From assembly GCA_002633005.1 (NCBI GenBank), contig NMRA01000082.1:954133-1018132 (forward strand): a DNA stretch of 64,000 bases, in the 5' to 3' direction. Position numbers and translations under genes: made by a program. Shown here piece after piece: positions 38,601 through 53,600 of this stretch (position 1 is its first letter; each line of letters starts with the position of its first letter). This stretch comes from Phoronis australis (Eukaryota > Animalia > Phoronida). The notes under the pieces were generated by a model, which was not told the DNA's origin, made no database searches, and worked only from the letters and a program-made list of their open reading frames with translations.

Positions 38601-41600
38601 TATTGCTTTGTGAAACTTTGCTTATATCATTCTGTATTCGGTGTGTTATATTCAGAATATCAAGATCATTGACATTTCTTTCTCACAAAAACATAATCAA
38701 ATAAATTAAATGTGGGTGGATAAAGATTTACTTCACGGCCGTAAACATAATGACTTTAAATTGGGTAACCCCCATCTGTCAAGAACCAACTTTTGATTTT
38801 GGCCACTTAGCGAGCAGCTTGTCATCGTGGTGGATTAATTTCAGTTGCTTAGCTACAATACAAGACGAGTAATCGGACAGAATACTGTTTTCCCGTCATG
38901 ATGGCTAATTCTCTTAACAACAAAATTTGCTCGTAATAACACCTTAAGACAGCAAAATTCTAACGACAGAATGACTTAGGCTAGCTTCTAACTTTCTGTT
39001 AAGTCCTCTTCATGCTTGGTCGTGAGGGAACACTTGACTGGCGATGAATTTGGTCTTTGCTTTGCCGTCATGACTGGAAGTTTCAGGTTTATTTTTTGTG
39101 AATTGTTTTGGCTTGTACTGTATTTTGGCTGCATGGGGGAATTCCAGTCAGTTTATTGTTATTGCAAGTTCCAGTACATAAGATCGTCGTGACAAAAGTT
39201 TGGAAGCGCAGTACACCTCTGGAATAAAGTTGACGTGTTTGGCAAAGTATCAAAGTAATGGCTTTAAGGGAGGGGACATTTGTGGTTAATTGTCTTTATT
39301 TTAGTGTTAGCGCCTGAGAATTGGAATAACTTTATTACTGTTACGTAACTGTTACATAATATGTTTCCTAGTGGCCTTTGTTGGCAACCCCCCTCGATCA
39401 AGTTCGGACTGGACGTCTTCCACCATGGGGTCATTTCTACTACCATTCGTCCTGCCAGCTGGACGACTGGACAGTGTAATCGCCTACTATACCCTGACCC
39501 TGCGACCTTCTTATATCCAACTGTGGAAGTGGGCCGGTAGTGGCAGTTCATACAAGTTATTAGCCAGCAAATACTACTATGCTAACAAAGTTGGGGAACA
39601 AAGAGTGAGTCAATAATGCTGTGAATAGTTTAGTCTTCCTCTTTTACTCTCTCTCCTAAATCTTTTACTATGTCTTCACTACGCACCCACATGTACCCAC
39701 TTACCATGTACCCACCATGCACTCACATGTACTCACCTCACATGTCCCCACTTAGCATGTACCCACCATGCACTCACATGTACCCACCTCACATGTCCCC
39801 CACATGTACCCACTTACCATGTCCCCACCATGCACTCACATGTACCCACCTCACATGTCCCCCACATGTCCACACTTACTAACTATGTCCCCACCATGCT
39901 CTTACAGATATTAAGAAGAATGCACATTTGTCATGTCATTTTAAAAGCATTTTTGAACTCTGTATGGCATGCCGATATAGAAATCATGTGTTTTCAAATA
40001 TTTGTTCTTATCTGAGAAATATTTAAATCACTTTTTTACTTTGTCATTAAAGATTGTTGAATTGTTAATTGAACGTTTCATATTTTATTTTTCAGATTTA
40101 CTTTGACTCGCCTATAACTCTGGATGGACGTGAAAAGCTCGGCTTCACCCCTGATCTCACGCAGTGCGCCATTGCTCGAGTGACTCCCCCTAGGGGACAG
40201 TCGGCAAACTCTATCTACATATATAAATTCACTGGAGCTAATTATCCCAACATTGGAAGCACCTATCCAGTGCAGTATTCTCCTGATGACTCATCTTTCA
40301 TGTATTCTATTGGCGTTGCAGTGGACACTTGTAAGCTTTTCAATGTTTACCGTGTTTGTGCGTAGTTGGGCCCTGGCGCATCTATGTGAGCCCTGCCTGT
40401 ATCCGCAATTAGGTGATGCTACTGTGTACGAAACCCTTGTTTACAGGCAAGGCGTGAAATTTGAAAAATAACAAATAGCTTAAGGTTGGCTTATCTGAAG
40501 CAAAATGGTTCATGTATATTTAATTTATCATCTCTTTAAAATAAAAGTGCTATTTACTAATTATACCAAATACACAAAAAGCACCTAGTTTGAAACATGC
40601 TCATGCAAGCCCATGCATCTCTATGTGGTAAACAGGCAAAAGATTTTTTGGAGAGAACACATTATTTCATATATTGTCATCTGGGTCCAAACACAGGGAT
40701 ATATGGTATAAATTGCTGTTAGATATCTTATGAATAGTGAAAGGAGATAGTTCAACCAGTATACCAAGTCCTGCCCTAGACTTAATGAAAATTGGCAGGT
40801 TGTCATTTGCGACCGCAAAGTATTGATTTGCCAACTGTAAGCTGACCGATTCTATCAAGGCAGTTCGATTAACACGAGGTACCTCAATTTTTGTTGGTCA
40901 TGGAGGAAATTTAAGTGTACAAAACTCAGCTCCTATAAGTTGAAATACCCATGCCTTACATTTGTAAATTGGCCAAAATCTTTTCAAATGGCATGTTGCA
41001 TGCAGCTCAACAGGTGTGGTTGGGAAATCATAGTACAGTCAATACTATTCAGCTATTTGGATCTAAGGGTGCAACTCTGTGACACCTCTGTCTGACAAAA
41101 TAATAAGTTAATAACCAGAATAGATTATAGACAACAGATTCGTAACTCCGACGTTTTCTTGCATAATATTCTAGAGTAGGCGCCACCCTCTACATATAGC
41201 CAAATCAGCATCCGTTTGATGTCTTGCGACGGGAAATTCTTGCATTTATTTTACTGTCCAGTACAAGGATAAAAAATTGACCATCTTTAGTAAATGACGT
41301 ACTTGCCAGTAGTCTGCCAGGTGTCGCTAGCAAGCTTATGCGTAAGATCACAGATTTTGTCCATTGAAAATGTATGGATTTTGCGGTCCATGTTCTAAGT
41401 AGTCTATGCTACAGCCAGGAATTTGGAATTTTCATTTTGGTGTAATATTTACTGTAGTTACCTAACTCCTATAATTGTTAATATCCAATCATAAACACAA
41501 GATTTGTCTTCGAAAAATGGCATGAAAAAAGGTTTCACTGTAAGAACCTTGTTTATGCTATCATGGATTCGCTTTTGTTTGTGGAAAATGCTCCTGCATT

Positions 41601-44600
41601 GTATCCATCACTATCCTGTACGCCACCCCCACTTCTTGTTCTTATAGCTCCTGTTGTGGCAACAACGAAAGCAGCTCCAACGACGACTGTCATTAGAACA
41701 ACTTCAGGAACTGTGACGACAGATTCATTTGTCTGGAACCCACCTGCTGGGTGTAAGTATTTTACTTTTGTGTCTCCTGTGTGTTTCCAATATCTCACTG
41801 TTTGATTTTAAATCAGCTTATAATTTACAAGGTTGTGTTTTGCGTGTTACCAAACAGATGTTCTGTGTTTCTCAAAATTAAGATTTGGAAAAAATGAGCA
41901 ACACAGTTTCATGTCATTATGGTCCAACTGACAGATTAAGTCGATGTATTAAATGAAAGCTTAATTGTAATTTTTAGATGTCAAAATTTCATAACTGTTC
42001 CACATTACCATTTTTTCATCCTTAATGTTCATTCTACTGACCTTAGAGCGCCAAAGTCACTTATCAATAACCGACTCGGAGGCATTACCAGGTCACATGT
42101 TGTTGCAATTTATGAATTATTTGCCGGCGACTATTTGTCGACTAAAATTCTATAAACGGGTGGCAGATGTTCTGAATTTGGAATATTGGTTTTATTTAAT
42201 ATGTGAATCCCTTACATCACAGTTCATCAGTGACAAGCAAGAGACTCCAGCCACATGTGTGGTGTCACCATTAACAACTGTAATGTGTACCGTCTGCTGC
42301 ACAGTCTCTAATTATTGTTGTTGCAGTGTCATTTGCTGGTAATCCGCCCCGTCCAAGCTCTGATTGGACATCATCCACCATGGGGTCATACATTCTAACA
42401 TCAGTGAACCTGCCAGCTGGTCGACTGGACAGTGTGTTTGCCTACTATTCACTAACCATGCGACCTTCATTCATTCAATTGTGGAGATGGGGTGGAGGCA
42501 ATTCATACAAGCTCCTTGTTAGCAAGTATTACTTTGCCACCAAAGTTGGAGAACAAAGGGTAAGTGTATTACTTGGTAGCAAATACTTTTAATTGTGAGA
42601 ACATCTAGTGCCTCTAGAGTGCACTTTTGCAAATTTCATTTTCCCATATTTATTAAGTTTCCAAAAAATGTGACTTTTATTTAGCTCTTATCTAGTCCAG
42701 TTGCAAATTCATTGATGTTTGATATATTTCAATAGTACATTGAAGGATCAAAGTTTCATCATTTGTCTTGCCCACACTTTCTACCATTGTGTATTCCAAC
42801 AGCCATTTTCATGTCTTGGATTTTTCTGAAACTTCCAATACATTAAAGATGGAGTGAGCTGAAAAGTTTTTTGTTGTTGAATTTTGAAAAATGAAAATTG
42901 GTCCAGAAACATATAGCTAGTGTGCAGCAGGTGGAGTTTTTGAAAGTTGTCTAATCAATACTGATGTGAAGTGTTAAAAACAGCAGGATTCAAGAATGTA
43001 CTTTTTTGATTTTGTTTGAGACTGTTGTTGATATTTTTGTGATTCTTTATACTGTATCCTTTAGGAATGACAATGTACGCACTTTTATAGAAGATGGATT
43101 TTTGTGGCAAAAGCATGTTGACAAAAAATGCCAAGAATGTGCCCGAATCATAATTTTTGTGCTAATCAATCTCTGTTTAGGGTTAGTAGCAGACGATGTC
43201 TGTTTACTTTCACTTTGTCATGATTGCTTTGCAGATTACATTTAATTCGCCAATAACTCTTGATGGCACTGAAAAGATTGGCTTCACTCCGGATGTCACG
43301 CAGTGTGCTATTGGTCAGGTGTCTCCCCCTGGTGGACGATCACCTGACCAGATTTACAAGTATAAATTCTCCAGTACCAACTACCCAGCTGTTGGAAGCA
43401 GTTATTCTGTGGAATACTCTGCCCCAGACTCACAGTTCTTGTATTCTATTGGTGTTGCAGTAGACACAAGTGAGTGCGCCGACTGTTATGTTTTATTTAA
43501 TCTCCGCTTTTGATTCATGTCTTTTACCATAAAACTATTCTCTGACAGTTAATAAATTTTGTTTCTTACTCAGTTTATTACCAATAAAATCAACAGTCTC
43601 TTTTACATTTTGGGGATACAACAAAACTTGCTTACTGGCGGTGTTGTTTGTCATTTTCAAATGTATTTTGGCTTGGTTCTTGTAAACATACGGGACATTA
43701 CGGAAGATTTCAATTGGTGACATGTAAACAATATCGTAAAAAACAACGCTTGTCACTTCTCTGCAATCAAATTGAAAGCTGGGGTCCTCTGCAATGACAA
43801 AATAACCGTCATAGAAAAATAAAATATTAAAAATGAGCATAAAAGTGAATAATAAATTATAGATTAATATGTCTTTTGGGCGAAAGATTCTAATCTCATT
43901 GCTTGTGCCATTCAATCGTAAAAAAGCTATTAGTGAATTGGGTTACACATGCAAAAATTATCTGTGATGTCTCTGGTTCTTTAGATTCACTCCTTACCCC
44001 AATATGAATGCTGTAAACGTGTTTGGTATAGCTGTCATCGACTTGTTGTAGCTCCTGGCACTAAACCTGTAACAGTGACGACGTCCCTGGTCACGGTAAA
44101 AGCTCCTACCATTCCTACAACAGCTGAGCCATTTACGTGGACGCCACCTGCTGGATGTAAGTTGTCATGATTCTTGTGTGTGACACTGTATGAATCATTT
44201 TTTATCCCATACGCGTTGAATCTGTCGAGGACGTTCCATATTCACCTCCCACACTACTTCAACAGTGACCTCTGACATGGAAAGTTCGAAAGGTAGGTCA
44301 GCGTCAACTTGACGTCGTTAGCCAGTTAGATCATCAACATTTCGGAAAATGGCACTTTTTTATTGCCCATCTTACCAGAGATTATCTTTTTTATTTTTAT
44401 TTTTATTATCTGTATTCACTGTATTTACTTGTAATTCTATTTGTCATAATAAATGACCTTATACATGTATCGCCTACCTCGGTCTCCTTTTCATCTCTAA
44501 TAACGAGCTTGCGACGCACGTATCATTTATCCATTATTTGGGATATTTGTCGATCATAAATACTATGTCGTCTACAACTCAGGCGTCGATTTCTCTGTAA

Positions 44601-47600
44601 CTACAATATCAAATGTTGTAAAATTTAACTAATTTCAGAAGATGTTAAAAGTTCAATGCAAAGTTACCTTAAAGTTTTTTCTTTGTTATCTCTTCAAGTA
44701 ATAAATTGTTACATTTAAAACGTTACTGTTTCTTTCACTAGAAAAAACTTGCAGCCTAACGCACAAGTACATACATATACTAGGGATGTGATTCGCCACG
44801 TGAACAGTCTGAGTGGAGTATTTGAAAAATCTGCACAAAAGTGAAAGAAACTTAGGAATTCGAAGCATATGGGATACACACAATACGTACAGAGAGTGGC
44901 GTTCATGAAATAATATCCCATTCGACATTATTCAACGTATCGACCGAGACAAGGTTGAGGCCGATACGCGGAATAATGTCTCGTGGGATATTACTTCATG
45001 TACGCCACTCTCGGTACGTTTTGTGTACAAAGCATCCACTGCAGGCATTAAGTTCATACATTGAACCTAGTCTATATATACTTCGATGCTGTTAAAATTT
45101 AGGCATGTTTACCTCAGGTGCTAACTCTTACTTGTAAGATCACATTTTTGATTAAAATTGTGTTCATTTTAGTAACCTTTGCTGGTAACCCTCCCCAGCC
45201 AAGCTCAGACTGGACACTGTCCACCTTGGGGTCATTCATACTGCCATTCGTCCTCCCAGCTGGACGTCTGGACAGTGTGTTTGCCTACTATACACTGACC
45301 CAGCGTCCATCCTACATTCAATTGTGGAAGTGGGCTGGGAGTGGGAGCTCCTATAAGCTGCTGGCCAGTAAATACTACTACGCCACCACTGTGGGCGAGC
45401 AGAGGGTGAGTTGCATTTCGGTGTATGATGGCCTGCTGCATAGTTTTCGTGGTGACCAGCAAAAATTTACGTCTGGTTGAGAAAATTTGAAAGTTGTCAA
45501 AAAAATCGCAATTATTCTGGACATGTTAAGTGCGTGTTAAAGCTAATTTCAGAAATTGGTCCGAAATCTATACCATCATGGCCACGGCTTCGCCTAAGTG
45601 GAATATGCACTCATTTCCGTTTTTAGCAGGCTTAGCCGTGATGGCGGTGAAATAGAATTTTGTCTATTTTTGTCGTGTGCTGCGCATTACACATGCAGGT
45701 AATACCTGCCATTTGAGGTAACTTAAGTTGCAGAAAGTGGGTGCAATTTCAGAGCGAAAATTGTCAGCTTGTTTTCACTTCATTCAATTGGCAGGCACAA
45801 AAATTTTTAGTAAAAATGTCTAAGCTTCAATATTGAATAGTGATGTCTAAGCTTGAATAATAATGTTTGCACTTGAAAATGTATTATTAAGCTTATAATA
45901 CTGTCAAGCTCGATTACTGTTGCGCACTTTTTAGCTTTTCCTAGTAATGATTATTACTAGGAAAATGTTGAATTCAATCTACTTAATTTATCTATACTTT
46001 GTTTTGTCATATTTGCAGATAAACTTTGACTCAACTATCATTCTTGATGGCTTTGAGAAGATTGGCTTCACTGCTGACATCTCTCAGTGTGCCATTGGTC
46101 GAGTGTCTCCCTCTAGTGGTCAATCCGCTGACCAAATTTACATTTACAAGTTCGCCGGCAGCAACTATCCTTCTGTTGGTAGCAGTTATCCTGTCGAGTA
46201 TTCTTATGCAGAGTCTGGCTTTAAATATTCTATCGGGATCGCAGTGGACACTTGTAAGTCTTTACTGGAAGAAACTGTCATTGCATTTTCTTGAAGCCCC
46301 ATTTCACTATTAGCCTTTGGAAAATGTCAGTTGAAGGAGTGTGTTTACCTGTCAAAAGGAACAGTTTGGTATCAAGAATGTTCGTACTTGGGTTACAAAG
46401 AGTTTTCTGCGCATGGAAAGATCTGAATTTTTGTTTCTACTTGAAGACACTCAACTGGAAGCTGAGCTGTTGAAAGACACTGTTTTGTGGATTGGTATGG
46501 AACGCGGTTGTAGGCATCGTGTAGCAATTTTGGCAGTCATTTTTTGATCAAATGAAAAATAAGGAATGTTTTGAAATCCATGGTTATGTTTAGTAAGAGA
46601 TTGTTGCTCTTCCTTTGACCTTGTCTTTAATTCCAATTCATATAAAAGCACTTAACATCAATTTCATGACATTAAACGACCCCCCTCCCTATTTCTCTTC
46701 GGTTTCATTGTTGAGTTGTTTCTAGTGCTTTCAGTAATTTTTTTTCTTTCCAGCACCTCCCACAACAACAACACTAGTGACAACACAACTGAGAACAACA
46801 ACAGTGATGCCAACAACGGCTGTTCCTTTCACTTGGTCTCCTCCCTCTGGATGTGAGTAGAAATACTAACATTCTGTTTTCAATTTTAATTATTTCTTCC
46901 CAGTTCTAGAGATTTGTACCAAACACTAGATCATTATTATTTTGTAACACGCAATATATTTGGTTTTTAAAGTAACCACTGACTTTAACTGCAGTGAAGT
47001 GAAACAATACTGCACCTTTTGATCCACTCATGGATTTTAATTTTTAGATTATTTTCGTTAAGTGTTTTGTTTTTCCACCTAGCACAATGTATTGTTGAGA
47101 ATTCATGGTGCTAACTCTACTTTTTATTGTTACTTTCAGTAACATTTGTTGGTAACCCACCCCGTCCAAGTTTAGACTGGGCATTGCCCTCTATGGGGTC
47201 ATTCATACTGACCTCAGTCAACTTGCCAGCTGGACGACTTGACAGTGTAATCGCCTACTATTCGCTGACCCTGCGACCGTCGTTCATTCAGCTATGGAGA
47301 TGGGCTGGAGGCAATTCATACAAGCTGCTTGTCAGCAAATATTATTTTGCCACCACCACTGGGGAACAAAGAGTGAGTTTTTCTTCTTTGGTTGTATTTT
47401 ATGGATGTATTGCACTTAAACTGTTGATGATGTCATGCTGTTTGTAGAAGATTATTACAATTTTCTGCATTTTCTGTTAAGTGAGGGTTTGGAATTTTCC
47501 TCTTTTAAGAGGATTTCCTCTTTTTGGTTCCAATTTCCTCCTTTGATTTCCTGTTTCTTCTTTTCTCTTTCTTTTTATCATTATTTTGATTGTATTAATG

Positions 47601-50600
47601 CAAAAATGTATATTTCAGTTAAATTTTACAACTGACATAAAACATATTTTTATCACGCAAGCGTATTTAGTTGTGGAACGATACATCACCTGGAAAATTT
47701 CCTCTTTTTTATCATTGGTCGTTCCAAGCCCTGAGTGACAGAGGTTACAAACATGTCCGAAAATTGCATCTATTAGGTGCTGGGGGAGTCGAATCATGGT
47801 TCAGGCACGTGGTAACCTCAAAAAGGCAGTTGCTTACAATAGTTTCTACTATTATTAATAATAGTTTAAATTTGTTCTTACCCTGGTTACCACTGATAGC
47901 CTCAATCCCAATTTACGTTCGCTTAATTTAATCTTACTGCATGAATTACGATAACCTAAAAAAAAAATGCTAAATTACATTCACATTGAACTTCAATTCA
48001 TGAATGACGGATATTTAATTCTAGTTTAGAATTCACATTTAACAAAAATGACATTTCGTGTTCCCGAAATTCCATTCACCGCCTCTGCAATGGTGGTCGC
48101 TGCGTAAGTGTGCTTGTTCCATGATGTAAATGTGCAGTGAGAACGTCGTTCATTTTGGATATTAAATAATCTTTGACCCAAAGTTGGATATTATATAATC
48201 TTTGACCCAAAGTTGGATATTAAATAATCTTTGACCCAAAGTTGGATATTAAATAATCTTTGACCCAAAGTTGGATCATATTAAATAATCTTTGACCCAA
48301 AGTTGGATATTGAATAATCTTTTACCCAAAGTTGGATATTGAATAATCTTTTACCCAAAGTTGGATATTAAATAATCTTTGACCCAAAGTTGGATATTAT
48401 ATAATCTTTGACCCAAAGTTGGATAGTACTGACCATGTGATGGGTTGCAAGTTCTGCAAGTAGTCTGATGATTAGATGCTGAGATGTTCCTGACATGTGT
48501 TGACAAATCTGAGGAAACTGAGTAATACTTTTAAAGCATAAACTTTAGTCTGTATGCTTGCAATTTTAAACTTCAGATTAAATTTAACTCGGCCATAACT
48601 CTTGATGGAAGTGAAAAGATAGGCTTTACGCCCGACGTTACCCAGTGTGCCATTGCTCGGGTGTCTCCCCCAAGTGGTCGGTCCCCCGACCGTGTTGACA
48701 AGTATGCATTTACGGGCACCAACTATCCGGCAATAGGATCTAGTTATACAGTAGCGTACTCTGCTGGAGATTCCAGTTATATTTACTCAATTGGTGTCGC
48801 AGTGGACACGTGTAAGTATTGTTGTTTAGAATTTTTTGTGTTTAGTCATTTATATCATGTTCATAGAGCTTGGATATGAACAATTTTGTCACAATGTATT
48901 GTAAAAATGGTAATTATAGTAGTTACAATTGAACAGAAGTTATCCAACAAAATGACAATCCCCCATCATGATATCTAATTCTGTTATTAACAACAAACTT
49001 AAGATAACTGGTAATAAATATTTAAGTAATAGTTTTAATATAATACAGAGTGGCTTAGCCACACAACTAACTTCCCATTCGTTCTCATTCACGAGGGCAG
49101 ACTACTCTGACTGAAGTTTGCTTTCTCCACTTTTCTAATTAATACTCCTGTCTATGTCTTATATAGTGTTTATTTAAAGCGTGCACTTATTTTGTAATTA
49201 ATATTTTAAAATCATGCACTTTTTTGGTCATATTTGTCAGATTGTTAGTTTTTAATTGATTTTGTTGAAATCTGCCTGTCTGAGTTTTTACATTTTCTTT
49301 TAGACCTTTGTTATTTGTTTATACCCTACAGCTCCTCTAGTGGTGACCACTGTTACCATTCCTAAAACAACTCCACGGGCAACAACTGCTGTTCCTTTCA
49401 ACTGGAACCCTCCCCCTGGATGTGAGTGATTTCATTCATTGCCTATGCTATATTGCTGTCCGGTGCAGTGTAGATGCTTTTAACGAAATTAAATTGTCGT
49501 TTGGTGTTGTTCAGTTATGTTTATCCCTAGGGACATCCTTGAAATAAAGCTTTTTTGCTCCCTCTAGCATTGCTTGCATTTCCGGCATAAGGAATTACAT
49601 TTTTGCCTTCAAAACTGACGGATATTTGATTGTTAAGTGCTTTTTGCAGATGCTGATGTGGTGTTATTGTTAACAGTTTATAATGTGAAATACACTGGTT
49701 TCTTCAATCTGAAAATCATGTTGCAGTGTTGTTTGCTGGTAACCCACTGCGTCCTAGCTCAGACTGGACTTTGTCCACCATGGGGTCATTCATTCTGACG
49801 TCGATCAACCTGCCAGCTGGACGACTGGACAGCGTGTTTGCCTACTATACACTGACCCTGCGACCTTCGTATATTCAGCTGTGGAGATGGACTGGAGGTA
49901 GTTCGTACAAATTACTGGCCAGCAAATATTACTATGCTACCAAAGTTGGGGAGCAGAGGGTAAGTTGCACACTAGGTGGAGTTAGTTGTTTAAACTAAGC
50001 AGTTGTTGGTGCATAATTCATTACATAAATTGTGCTATCCCCCATTTACTAATTCTTGGAAAGTGATAGTTAGTTTATGCTCAGCCTTCGATAGTTATTG
50101 TGTTATATGTTCCAGTTCAGAATGGCTACAATTCTCACTCAAATCAGGAATTGGAATTTTTCTCTTTTAAGAGGAATTCCTCTTTTTAGTTTCGATTTCC
50201 TTTCATTTGAGTTCCAGTTTCGTCTTTTTCATCTCTTCATCATTACTTTAACTTTATTCATACAAAAGTTACATCTATTTCAGGAAAGTTTTAAAACTCA
50301 CAAAAATATTTCTTTCTCACAAGCCTGTTTGTGGAGGGTTACATCACCTGGAAAATTTTCCTCTTTTTGTAATTGGTCAATCCAAGCTCTGTAAAAAATA
50401 TTTGACTAAATTGTCATTTTCAAAGGCCGATTATTTCACTGCAAATAATGGAAAATTTTACCAACAGTTGTTTTCTGACCCTACATACTATACGCCACAC
50501 ACCAAAATCTATTCACCTTTATTTTGTGTCGGAAAATTGTCAAAGTAGAATTTCACCCGTTGGCCATATCATATGCTCAACATTTGAAGAATGTATCGTA

Positions 50601-53600
50601 GGTTGACTTAGCTTACTTTAACAAAGGTTGGCTATGTTGTCACTGAACCCAAAGGGGTAGCAGTGGTCTTGCCATGACTATATTCAATAATTTATAATTG
50701 ATAGTAAGTAATCATAAGAAGGACTACATACTCATCTGAGTTCTAGCTCCGCAAAGTATGCAACTCAGTTACCTTTGAGTAACAAACGCTCAGCTTCAGC
50801 AGAACGTACTCTGGTATGTTGGCTGCAATTCCTTATGTACAAATCACCTATATCTTTTATTAATTTTGCTCATCAAGTCCTACATCCCCGACTGGGTAAG
50901 CGCGCTCCCCGTAGGTTTCTCAAAAGTTTCATTTTTAGTCATCCATGTTCAGGGGAACGACTACGGCTCCATTTTTTTGAGTTGGCCTGGACGTTAACCC
51001 AGACAGATATGGTATGTGACCATCGACCCCGACTGCAACTGTTTGATTGCCTTTCAGATATACTTCAATTCTCCCATAATCCTCGATGGAAGTGAAAAGC
51101 TTGGCTTTACCCCCGACGTCATGCAGTGTGCCATCGCTCGGGTGGCACCCCCTGGTGGACAGTCTCCAAATTCCGTTTCCAAGTATAAGTTCACAGGAAC
51201 AAATTATCCGAATGTTGGAGCCAGTTATGCAGTGGAGTTCTCGTCTGAAGAGTCCAGGTTTATCTACTCCATGGGTGTAGCTGTTGAGAATAGTAAGCTA
51301 GCCATCTTGTGCCTTTAGTTTCCAAACAAAATCTAGTTTGATCTGAGGAAGATGCTAAAAATCGGAAAATTCACAACTGAAAGCTATAACCAAATTCCAG
51401 TTTTTATAAAAGAATTAATTTTGGTAATGTTTGATCATATTCATCTTGCCTAGTTATGTAAGGGTTTATTTGATGCCATCATAAACACAGTCACACCTGA
51501 GGTGGCCGGTACCCTTCAGCAGAAACATGGTTTAGGTGCCACCTCCAGTACAAGTGATGGGGACTGCGTGACCTTTGATAGCTTCTGATGGGGGAATTCC
51601 CTGTGTGGTAATTTTCCATATATTACATTAATGTCTCTTAGTAATCACATGTTTGTACTCTGTTGAAAGCTTTTTTATGAAGTAGGCTAAAGTGTTCTTT
51701 TTCTGATGTCACACCTCCAGCTGCCACTAGTGTTTAACCAGGGATATTTCAGTTTGGATCACATCCATCTTTGTTTTAGTTCCTGTGACCACCACAGTGT
51801 CTACAACAACAACCAAGCAGGTGACTACAGCTGCTCCTTTTATCTGGAACCCTCCCTCTGGATGTGAGTTTTCTGTTGCAATAATGACAATTCCAATGAC
51901 TTTGAAATGAAATTGTATTGCAGACTTAATTTATTCCAGTTTAAACTTAGCGATATTGTCTTGAGCGTGGTACTCTCTTAGGAATTAAAAATCTCAGTGT
52001 TTGTATTAACACATATGAAGCTAAGCACCTCTTCTTTCATATTAATTTTTTTAATTGGTGCACATTTCCAACTTGCATAATTTATGATTTCCATCATTTA
52101 AAACTAGTGGCTTGACTTAACATAAACCTTTGTATTATAGTGTCATTCAGTGGTAACCCTCCTCGTCCAAGTTCTGACTGGACGTTGTCCACCATGGCGA
52201 CGTTTCTGCTGCCTTTTAAGATCCCAGCAGGACGACTGGACAGTGTGTTTGCCTACTATACTCTGACTCAGCGACCTTCGTTCATTCAACTGTGGAGATG
52301 GGTTGGAGGCAGTTCCTACAAGTTATTAGCTAGCAAATATCATTATGCCACCAAGATTGGGGAGCAGAGGGTATGTTGCACAATAGGTGGAGTTAGTTGT
52401 CATTATGGGAAACAGAGAGTAAGTCTCTAACGAATATCGTATGTCATTGTTTAAATAGTAAAGCTGTTCTTGCTTAATATTGGGTCGAAAAATCTGGATT
52501 TGCATTTCGTAATGTGGACATCTTTTCAAAATTATGGAGATGTCCACCATCTGCTTTGTCATTTCTAGCTGTGACTGATGTAAAACAAAACATTGTCTGT
52601 TGTGACTTAGTGGATCTCTAGATCTTGATTTTCAATCCTGAGTGCTTTTTAACATATGTTTACGAAAAGGGTCAAATATTGTGTAGGGAAACGTTTTCAG
52701 CGTCATTTCGTTTCAGAGCAATTACCTTTTTGTTGTTGTTGTGGCACATCATTTGTAGTAATTTTGTTATTGCAGGATAATATGTTAGCTCTAATTGACA
52801 AAAAATTCATCGGCGGATTCCGGGCAAGGGGGGGAGAGGGGTCCGGACAATACTTAATGGACGCTGCTCAGCGATTTGCAGTAGATCATGTTGCCACAAA
52901 ACTGGTTCTTACAAACATTTGACGATTTTCATCTGACTTCGTCACTATATGTTGTGTTTCTAACTGATTTGGGCAAGGAATCACTGAAGTAAGGAATTAG
53001 CCTGCAATTACGTTCCACTTACCTGTGTTAATAACCTCTGAACATTCTACATTCAAATGGGATATCTCATGCTGTTGTAATCAGTAGCTGAAATTCAAGT
53101 GCTGGTAGTTGGTGCTTTTTTGCTCAATTAATGTCCTACAGCTATGAAATCGGACTTTTATGTAATCTGGATATTTTCCACACGTCGTTTATCAGGAAAA
53201 AATTTTAAATTTTTTGTCAGAAATAAGTGGCGAATCACCACAAATCTAAAATAATGGAACAGATAAGGTGAGCTAAAACTCCCAGTCATAACGTCCTACT
53301 GCACCCTGTGTGCCCAAGTTGACGGCATGAACTTGAAACTTACAGAATTCACCATCAGAGTGGTTGCAAAGATGAATTATAGGTCTTTCCCAGGTATGAC
53401 CCATCTTAATGGGGAAATGGAATGCCAGATTAGTTTTTATTGTAACTGTTTTGCCGTTATCTATCTCAGTTATAATGAATTTTAAATATTTCAATTTCTC
53501 ATTGTCACTCCATTCTAGATTTACTTTGACTCACCCATAACTCTCGACGGATTTGAGAAGCTCGGCTTCACTCCGGATGTCACGCAGTGTGCTATTGCTC

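Noticed and set aside
39670-40015. His/Met/Pro-rich repeat ORF
   Set aside because: It is a translation of an intronic CATGTACCC minisatellite, not flanked by usable splice sites.
48155-48424. 29-bp direct repeats resembling a CRISPR array
   Set aside because: Units are contiguous with no unique spacers, there are no cas genes, and the repeat lies in a eukaryotic intron. It is a minisatellite.
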